A stretch of DNA of 23,663 nt from Nitrospirota bacterium (lineage in GTDB: Bacteria > Nitrospirota > Thermodesulfovibrionia > Thermodesulfovibrionales > Dissulfurispiraceae): assembly GCA_040754455.1 (NCBI GenBank), contig JBFMCP010000041.1:1-23663 (forward strand). The letters run 5' to 3'. Positions 17,716 through 23,663 of this stretch are shown here, piece after piece (within the stretch, counting starts at the first letter, position 1; every line of letters begins with the position of its first letter). The notes beneath the pieces were generated by a model. It was not told the origin of the DNA. It saw only the letters and a program-made list of their open reading frames with translations, and did not search any database. The position numbers and the translations under genes were made by a program.

Positions 17716-18234
17716 ATGAAGCTGTTAGGTATTGACCCCGGAAGTTTCAACTGCGGGTACGGCCTTATTGAATGTCGTAACGCGTTGCGCGTCACGCGTC
17801 ACGCGTCATCGACATATCGATATCTTGCATCAGGCAGAATCGTCCTCCCCCCGAAAAAACTGCTCCACGAACGATTGAAAGAGCTGTATTCAGGACTTGT
17901 GGAAGTTATCGGCGAGTACCGGCCCGATGAGATCATCGTCGAGAAGATGTTCTTTGCCAAAGGGGTGAAGGCTGCTCTGAGTCTCGGGCATGCAAGAGGG
18001 GTTGTCCTCATTGCTGCATCCCTGACCAATCTCCCCCTCTTTGAATACAGCGCCTTGGAAGTGAAAAAAGCGGTTGTCGGTTACGGCAGGGCCGATAAAA
18101 ACCAGGTGCAGCATATGGTGAGAGAGATTCTAAAAATACCCCATCACCTCTCGCCGGACAGCGCCGATGCCCTGGCCCTGGCCCTCTGCCATGCACACAG
18201 CCGGCAGCTCACCGCACAGACAGGTAAGAGATAG
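17716..18234 (+). CDS. ruvC: Crossover junction endodeoxyribonuclease RuvC
   Basis: LGIDPG, VEKMFF, LGHARGV, VKKAVVGYGRADK.QV, DSADALALALCH. Confidence 0.98.
   Translation: MKLLGIDPGSFNCGYGLIECRNALRVTRHASSTYRYLASGRIVLPPKKLLHERLKELYSGLVEVIGEYRPDEIIVEKMFFAKGVKAALSLGHARGVVLIAASLTNLPLFEYSALEVKKAVVGYGRADKNQVQHMVREILKIPHHLSPDSADALALALCHAHSRQLTAQTGKR
17776..17810 (+). repeat. In-frame heptamer array inside ruvC
   Basis: CGTAACG CGTTGCG CGTCACG CGTCACG CGTCATC: 5 units. Confidence 0.85.
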
Positions 18235-18460
18235 TTTCCTCATATTTCTTTATCCCGATCGAATTGTCATATGCTGCTCCTTCCAAAGGGATGAGACATT
18301 TTTTGCACCTGTGACATTATTCATTGTTCACCTAAGATATTAGAATAATAGAGTATTTCTCATATTCAGGCATATCGCTTCGACAACTGTTTCACCCTTT
18401 TATATCGTCGGGTTCCATGTAAGTAGCTGATCCGGCTAAAAATATTTCCCTCCGGGCTGA

Positions 18461-18476
18461 TGGCACCGGATATGCT
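18461..18476 (+). promoter_or_regulatory. Putative sigma54 (-24/-12) promoter
   Basis: TGGCAC-CGGAT-ATGCT has exact GG-N10-GC spacing. It ends 43 nt before the ATG at 18520, with an AT-rich region upstream. Confidence 0.7.
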
Positions 18477-18519
18477 AACGCAGGGGTGAGAGGAGTCCGG
18501 ACAGTAAAAGGAGGCTGAA

Positions 18520-18999
18520 ATGAAAAGGTTTGCCGCTCTTCTGATACTTCTGACGATGATCCTTATTGCCGTTACAGTATCCGGAGTAGCATTTGCCCAA
18601 GATACTGCTTTGAGCAATGCCACGCAGAGACTCGCGAATATCTACCTGCTTACCATGCCGGATGGCAGCCACCATCTCACTGCGCAGGCACTCCGGGAGA
18701 GAATAGTATCGGGCAAAGAGGATTTTGTGCTTATCGATGTCCGTCCGAAAGACTACTATGAGAGAGGCCATATTCCCGGTGCCGAGCATATCGACGCGAG
18801 GGAGATTACAAAACCGGAGGTGATCGCCACGCTCAGCAAAGAAAAAGATATTATCGTCTATGGGAGTACCAGCCGGGAACAGAACAGCGTCATCATAGCC
18901 CTGGCGCGTCTTGGGTACAAGGTATGTGCCCTTAAAGACGGCTATTACGGCTATGTATCATCAAAGCCCGCAGTGGCGGATGCAATGATGAAGTTTTAG
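18520..18999 (+). CDS. Secreted rhodanese-like domain protein
   Basis: Signal peptide ending AFA-QD; LIDVR...Y..GHIPGA, IIVY, LGY and LKDGY..Y; AAGGAGG RBS. Confidence 0.9.
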   Translation: MKRFAALLILLTMILIAVTVSGVAFAQDTALSNATQRLANIYLLTMPDGSHHLTAQALRERIVSGKEDFVLIDVRPKDYYERGHIPGAEHIDAREITKPEVIATLSKEKDIIVYGSTSREQNSVIIALARLGYKVCALKDGYYGYVSSKPAVADAMMKF

Positions 19000-19042
19000 A
19001 GGGGTTGAAGGAGAAGCAACGTAGTTACTTCCTTCCTCTTTA
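18998..19042. terminator. Possible bidirectional terminator hairpin between convergent genes
   Basis: AGAGG..GAAGG..AAGCAAC-GTA-GTTACTT-CCTTC-CTCT, then TT. Confidence 0.45.
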
Positions 19043-19077
19043 ATGTTATTTCAGGGTGTGGAAGCACTCCTGGGTTT

Positions 19078-19260
19078 CTATCCGTCTTTTTTCTCTTTTT
19101 CCCAGAACTTCAGATCTCTGATCATGAGCTTGAACAGCCCGGAAGGTGACTTCTTTGCCACTTCTTTACACCTGCAGCCCTCGTCGCTTTCCTCTGCCGT
19201 TCCCTGCTCTTTTGGTTTTTCCTTCTCAGGGGGGCCTTTGCGTATGTGGTGTTTCGGCAT
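19078..19260 (-). CDS. Small charged hypothetical protein (60 aa)
   Basis: ATG at 19260 is preceded by GGAG and an upstream TACAAT. Product: MPKHHIRKG...GCRCKEVAKKSPSGLFKLMIRDLKFWEKEKKDG. Confidence 0.55.
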   Translation of the reverse strand: MPKHHIRKGPPEKEKPKEQGTAEESDEGCRCKEVAKKSPSGLFKLMIRDLKFWEKEKKDG

Positions 19261-19354
19261 ATCGTGCTCCATGCTCTTATTGTACCTGACAAAGGCAAAA
19301 AGTGGTACGTGCTTTCGGTGAGCAGAGGCGCTGTGAGCAAGGAAGGTGAGCAGT

Positions 19355-20080
19355 TTACTCGACGATGGTATATGTTTTGCGGATGAACTTCTTCTCAAAG
19401 GCTTCGAAATGCCACCACTCAATGGGAAGGGGGCGAAAGCCCGCTGCCGTCATGACCGAGCGCAGGAGGCGGCGGTTGGCGATCTGCTCCGCCGTCAGCT
19501 TGCCCTCCTTCAGAAATCTGGTTTCGTGCCGCGGCTGTGAGAGCATCCCGAAGTGGTCCATCGGAGTACCCATATCGAGGCGATTGCCCTTGTCATCGAT
19601 AATCGTGATATCGACAGCGCAGCCGTAATTATGCATTGAGCCGCCGCTGGGATCGGCGACGTATTGCTTCATGGGTGTCCCTTCCAGGATACCCCGCATC
19701 TTCCGCTGGACGTGCCGCGGACGAAGGGCATCGACCACAAGAAGGGTGAGATGGGGGTGGAGCTGTTTCAGATAGTGATTCGCTTTCGCGAGTTTTTCCG
19801 CCGCCTCACGGCGCAGATAACCCTTCGTAAGATCTCCGTAGACGTTGGCGCCCATGAAATTTGAGGAGGATGCGTACTTCAGCTCTACCTTGATGGTCGG
19901 ATCGATCTCCTGCACATCCGCAAAGCCCATCTTGAGTAGTTGCTGCTCAAACACACTCAGGTACTTTCTGGCAGGTTCTGCAGGCAATGATGCAGTTTTT
20001 GCGGTCTCATTGTCATAGAGGGGGAGCACGCAAAACAGAATAAGGAGCAGCAGAGCGGCTGTACTATATGAGAGTTTCAA
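19355..20080 (-). CDS. D-alanyl-D-alanine dipeptidase (M15D, VanX/DdpX family) with N-terminal signal or anchor
   Basis: ELKYA...NF.G, DALRP..VQ, SMHNYGCAVD (SxHxxGxAxD), DMGT, EWWHF. TTG start. Confidence 0.93.
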   Translation of the reverse strand: MKLSYSTAALLLLILFCVLPLYDNETAKTASLPAEPARKYLSVFEQQLLKMGFADVQEIDPTIKVELKYASSSNFMGANVYGDLTKGYLRREAAEKLAKANHYLKQLHPHLTLLVVDALRPRHVQRKMRGILEGTPMKQYVADPSGGSMHNYGCAVDITIIDDKGNRLDMGTPMDHFGMLSQPRHETRFLKEGKLTAEQIANRRLLRSVMTAAGFRPLPIEWWHFEAFEKKFIRKTYTIVE

Positions 20081-20184
20081 TGGAACAACATCCTTTCTTT
20101 ATTCACTGTAACGAATGTTTCCCCCCTGTCCATTATTAAAGCAGAGAGGGCGACAATTGTTCTACAAAGGATCGGTGCTACCGG

Positions 20185-21240
20185 TCATTTCCTCTGTTTG
20201 CTTAACCAGTACAAACCAGCATTGTAGATGACGTCGTGACCTCCATCGAATATTTTCAGGACAGCGTTGTCCGATGTCCGCTCAAACAAGAGCCTTATAC
20301 CGGCTTCGGCATAGAACTCGTCGGAATACGTTCGAGAGAGATGCGGAGGCAGCTTTCGCTGTTTTGTAATATAGGCGATGTCAGCCTCAGAGATGCGGTC
20401 ATCCTCATCAGCGAGATCATTGAATGCCCGAAAGGAATGTACCGGTGGGACAAAACGATCGTTGATGCCGGTGGCGATATAGACCGGCACTCCCTTGCCT
20501 CTGGCATTTTTGAGATAGTTGCTGGGGCTCCGTTTTTTGCATTCTTCCCACGCTGCGGTGCCGGGGAGGGGAGGTCCGCCGCAGGACTGCGCGATCTGCT
20601 GCGAATAATCGTGTGTTGCATTCCTGGTGGTTCTATACCATTCCGAGAGATCGTAAACAGGCACCCAGGCGACCGCTCCCGCCCAGAGTTCAGGATACCT
20701 GCCCACCATGATGAGCGCTGTCATCGCCCCTCCCGAGAAGCCTGCGACATAGATACGCGATGCATCGATGCGGGCATTCATTTTTGCGTACTCCACCGCA
20801 TCCAGGATATCTCTTATCGCTGTCTCGGAGGCTGTCGCTTGTGGATTATTAAAGCGGCCGCGATAGTCGGGCTGGATAAAGACCCAGTCATTTTTAACGG
20901 CCCAGACACCGTAGGGAATACCGTAATACTGCCGGTAGTCTTCGCTCCAGCTGTGCAGCACCAGTAGCAGCGGCTTATCACGGTCCGATCCGGAATCGTA
21001 ATACAGGGCGGGCTGGCCGGTCCGGTCAGCGGAGGAGGTGATCGTGATGGGGTGCACCTGGGGCACTGCCCTCTTCCATGCCTTCAGACCGGGCATGTGT
21101 CGCAGGGGTGATTTGGCCAGTCTGCTGAACGTTGTGTATTCCCATTCCTTCAGAAGGACGACGTTCGCCTGCTCCTCTCCGGAAATGCCGATCACCAACA
21201 GTGCTGCAAGTGTCATCGTAATTAAAATTATTCTTTTCAT
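20185..21240 (-). CDS. Secreted alpha/beta hydrolase (esterase / S9-like)
   Basis: Signal peptide from MKRIILITM (ATG 21240); PLLLVLHSWS, IDASRIYVAGFSGGA (GxSxG), G.ND..VP, GGHD. Confidence 0.88.
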   Translation of the reverse strand: MKRIILITMTLAALLVIGISGEEQANVVLLKEWEYTTFSRLAKSPLRHMPGLKAWKRAVPQVHPITITSSADRTGQPALYYDSGSDRDKPLLLVLHSWSEDYRQYYGIPYGVWAVKNDWVFIQPDYRGRFNNPQATASETAIRDILDAVEYAKMNARIDASRIYVAGFSGGAMTALIMVGRYPELWAGAVAWVPVYDLSEWYRTTRNATHDYSQQIAQSCGGPPLPGTAAWEECKKRSPSNYLKNARGKGVPVYIATGINDRFVPPVHSFRAFNDLADEDDRISEADIAYITKQRKLPPHLSRTYSDEFYAEAGIRLLFERTSDNAVLKIFDGGHDVIYNAGLYWLSKQRK

Positions 21241-21275
21241 GCGGTCCCTGCAACGGAACACGTTGCCTGCACGAC

Positions 21276-22346
21276 CTACGGCACTATGAAGCGTATCACC
21301 GGGATCAGTTTGACAATGAACACAACAGCCAATGATGCCAGAAAGATACCGAACGCGAATACCGGTATGCCGAGGGCCGGATGGAGCGTGGTCTGGCTGA
21401 AGGTAAACCCCAGAAGGCCTTCCTTCGAAATTTCGATCAGCATGGCATGGATCAGATACATTCCCGGTACGCACGAGGCGGTCGTACGGATTATTCCGAA
21501 TCGCTTCTCAAAGCGCAGCACAACAGCGGGAAGGGTGATGTTTTTCCCGATTGCAAAGATGGCCAGCGACATCGCCAAAACGTTCACACTGAAATATTCG
21601 TAGAATATTCCGTCAAAGATGCCGTCATTCTGCCGGACGGTGACATAGTAGGTCCCGGAGGCGGTCATGAAAAAGGCGAGGAGAAAGAGGAGCAGATAGC
21701 GCAGCATCTGTACGGGTCGCAGCAGCATGTCGCGGAGCACGTAGCCGAGGACAAAATAGCCGAGGAGGGTGAAGACGGTGTTCGAAGCCCCTGTCGAGAG
21801 ATAGATGCGAACATCAAAATAGGACTCGACCATCGGCAGCAGCGAAGCGGTGATGAACCACAGCATGAGGAAGTAGGACACGTTTTGGCGCTCTGCATTT
21901 TTTAGGTAGATACCGAGAAAAGGTGCCAGCAGATACAAGCCGATGATGACATAGAGATACCATAAATGATAATAGATCGGCTCCGTGAAGATTATGACGG
22001 GAAAGGAAGAGAGGGCGAGGGCCTCATTATTGCCATAGATTCTCCAGAGGAAATAGATGAAGCTCCAGATCAGGAGCGGAATGACGACTCTCCGGGCCCG
22101 CTTCCTGAAGAAACGACCGAGAGATTGATCGTGTACGTTGCCGAGCACAAAGGTGCCGCTTATCATAATGAACAGGGGAATGCACCAGCGGGAGAAGGCA
22201 TCATACAGATTGCCGATCCACCAATCGGTTGCTCCGCGTTCGCAATATTGGACCAGCAGAGGCGCGGCGCTGTGGATCATGATAACGGCATAGACGGAGG
22301 CGATCTTCAGCAGATCGGGCCACACGAGGTAATCGTTCTCTTTCAT
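21276..22346 (-). CDS. Acyltransferase family 3 membrane protein (WecH/YiaH-like O-acyltransferase)
   Basis: DLLK....AVIMIH, RWCIPLFIMISG, KR..R...P...WS, YHLWYLY, GYFVLGY, GMYLIH; many TM segments. Confidence 0.92.
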   Translation of the reverse strand: MKENDYLVWPDLLKIASVYAVIMIHSAAPLLVQYCERGATDWWIGNLYDAFSRWCIPLFIMISGTFVLGNVHDQSLGRFFRKRARRVVIPLLIWSFIYFLWRIYGNNEALALSSFPVIIFTEPIYYHLWYLYVIIGLYLLAPFLGIYLKNAERQNVSYFLMLWFITASLLPMVESYFDVRIYLSTGASNTVFTLLGYFVLGYVLRDMLLRPVQMLRYLLLFLLAFFMTASGTYYVTVRQNDGIFDGIFYEYFSVNVLAMSLAIFAIGKNITLPAVVLRFEKRFGIIRTTASCVPGMYLIHAMLIEISKEGLLGFTFSQTTLHPALGIPVFAFGIFLASLAVVFIVKLIPVIRFIVP

Positions 22347-22417
22347 GAGCGGTTATGCCGGTGCGTGCGGAAAGATACATCTATGCCGTAAAAGCCGTAT
22401 GACTTCCCGGCCCTGCC

Positions 22418-22672
22418 TCAGAAGAGGATAACACCGATAAGGCCGAGGACCGCTACCCCGATCGCGAGCACTCCCAGCCCGATGGCGAAGATACTCAGGA
22501 TGCCCCCACCAACGCGCGGCGAGGCAGCCATGACCAGACCGATGATGCCAAAGGCGATTGCTGCCAGTGCCGCCAACGCTCCCCAGATCGGATGGCCGGT
22601 AAAAGTGAAAAAATAGCTTACGACAGCAGTGATGATGGCCAGCGTTGCACTGGTACCTGCTTTTTGATTCAT
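22418..22672 (-). CDS. Small membrane protein (about 3 TM)
   Basis: 84-aa hydrophobic ORF with an AAAGGA RBS. Confidence 0.75.
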   Translation of the reverse strand: MNQKAGTSATLAIITAVVSYFFTFTGHPIWGALAALAAIAFGIIGLVMAASPRVGGGILSIFAIGLGVLAIGVAVLGLIGVILF

Positions 22673-22854
22673 GCGTTCTTTCCTTTATACGTAGTAATGG
22701 TCTTTACTTTCCTTATAGCACCCTTTCATGGTCCCGTCAAGGAGGGCCTCTGGCATCAAACAAGAAAGTCTGAAAAGCGGTTATAATGACGAGCGTAGCA
22801 GGGGTCTATGCGGGGATTCTTTGCAGTGGAAATGAGAGAAGTGGTGGATGGTCT

Positions 22855-23511
22855 TCATTCCATACTCTTGAGCCGTATTTCTACCCGCCTGTTCTGCGCC
22901 CGCTGCTCGGGGGTGTCGTTCGGAGCGACCGGTCTCTGGTCGGCGTTGCCTTTGACATAGAACCGTGAAGGATCCATACCCTGTACGTCGATAAAATACT
23001 TCAGCACACTCGTCGCGCGCGCTACCGAGAGCTCCCAGTTCGAGGGAAATCGGGAGGTATGGATCGGGACATTGTCGGTATGACCGTCGATTTCGACCAT
23101 ATATGACGGATGTCTCCGGATGATCTCCGCTATGCTAGCGATGAGCGGGGCGGAGCCTTGCAATATCTCCGCTTCGCCCGGCATAAAGGTAATACTCTCC
23201 TTTAGCGTTATGATGATATCATTGTTCACCGTCCGGACCGTTGCATCGTTCTCTATGCCTAGCTCCTTTATCCTGGCGATCATTTCATCCCTGAGCGCTT
23301 CCCCGGTTGTAGTCGCAGGCAGTGCGGGAGGAGCGTCTGCGGTAACTGCCCCGGCTGTTTTCTTTGTCTCAACGTGCTTTGCCATGAGCAGCACCACAAA
23401 GAAGACCAGGAGCAGCAGCATGACATCGCTCAATGTAATAAGCCAATTGCTGTCGCTGTCGACCGTCGAGCGTGACCGGTCGATGAGCCTTTTGTATCCC
23501 GAGTTGTCCAT
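22855..23511 (-). CDS. motB: MotB-like flagellar stator protein (OmpA-like peptidoglycan-binding domain)
   Basis: NWLITLSDVMLLLLVFF (stator TM with the conserved Asp), IDGHTDNVPI...FPSNWELS..RA, NRRVEI. Likely start is ATG 23511 after AAAGGGG. Confidence 0.85.
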   Translation of the reverse strand: MDNSGYKRLIDRSRSTVDSDSNWLITLSDVMLLLLVFFVVLLMAKHVETKKTAGAVTADAPPALPATTTGEALRDEMIARIKELGIENDATVRTVNNDIIITLKESITFMPGEAEILQGSAPLIASIAEIIRRHPSYMVEIDGHTDNVPIHTSRFPSNWELSVARATSVLKYFIDVQGMDPSRFYVKGNADQRPVAPNDTPEQRAQNRRVEIRLKSME

Positions 23512-23539
23512 TGCCCCTTTCCTGTGTTCGATGAGGCTA

Positions 23540-23663
23540 GGTTGTGTTTGCAAACTCTATTTCAGCCATAGGAATATGGCAGCGATGATCCACAGTGCCT
23601 TATAGCTGTCTGCTCTTTTATCATATCGAGTAGCCAGTCCTCTGAAGTGCTTATAGAGATTCA
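23540..23663 (-). mobile_element. End of an IS5-family insertion sequence (partial)
   Basis: Transposase C-terminus followed directly by a putative terminal repeat, GGTTGTGTTTGCAAA (23540-23554, + strand), next to CTAG at 23537-23540. Confidence 0.8.
23557..23663 (-). CDS. IS5-family transposase, C-terminal fragment (5' part outside the window)
   Basis: Hand translation gives NLYKHFRGLATRYDKRADSYKALWIIAAIFLWLK*. This matches the K.FR..ATRYDK....Y...........WL signature of IS5 (IS427-like) transposases. Confidence 0.88.
   Translation of the reverse strand, partial: NLYKHFRGLATRYDKRADSYKALWIIAAIFLWLK

Noticed and set aside
18410..18510. Riboswitch upstream of the rhodanese gene (GCTGATGGCACC resembles a fluoride riboswitch 3' end)
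   Set aside because: No matching 5' GGnGATGG segment is present, and the bases are better explained by a sigma54 promoter.
19318..19352. Three GTGAGCA copies as another heptamer array
   Set aside because: Spacings are 15 and 13 nt and the intervening units do not match. It may be a decayed copy but is not supportable.
21241..21474. Extension of the hydrolase ORF to 429 aa
   Set aside because: It overlaps the acyltransferase in another frame, and the signal peptide begins at ATG 21240.
23512..23553. N-terminal extension MQTQPSLIEHRKGA of MotB in the ORF track
   Set aside because: The TTG start lies within the putative IS end, whereas ATG 23511 has a plausible RBS.

Overview
This is a mostly core-genome segment of a moderately GC-rich bacterium. 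The protein style suggests Nitrospirota or Desulfobacterota, which is an inference. From left to right it holds: a partial GAF/HD-GYP-like gene and a CheY-like receiver (minus strand); yajC-secD-secF-recJ; panB, a degenerate receiver and rtcA; a norCB nitric oxide reductase pair (minus); ald (minus); and nnr-pgeF-CBS-tsaE-nadK-udg-gmhA-ruvC. After these come a secreted rhodanese-like gene with a sigma54-type promoter, a minus-strand envelope cluster (D-Ala-D-Ala dipeptidase, secreted esterase, acyltransferase-3, small membrane protein), a motB-like gene, and the end of an IS5-family element at the right edge. The most unusual signal is six degenerate 7-nt-periodic arrays, several with inverted arms. 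Three of them lie in frame inside recJ, udg and ruvC, and one supplies the tsaE start codon. norB has an internal deletion with a frameshift that removes the HxH heme-ligand helix, and norC carries a second c-type heme domain.
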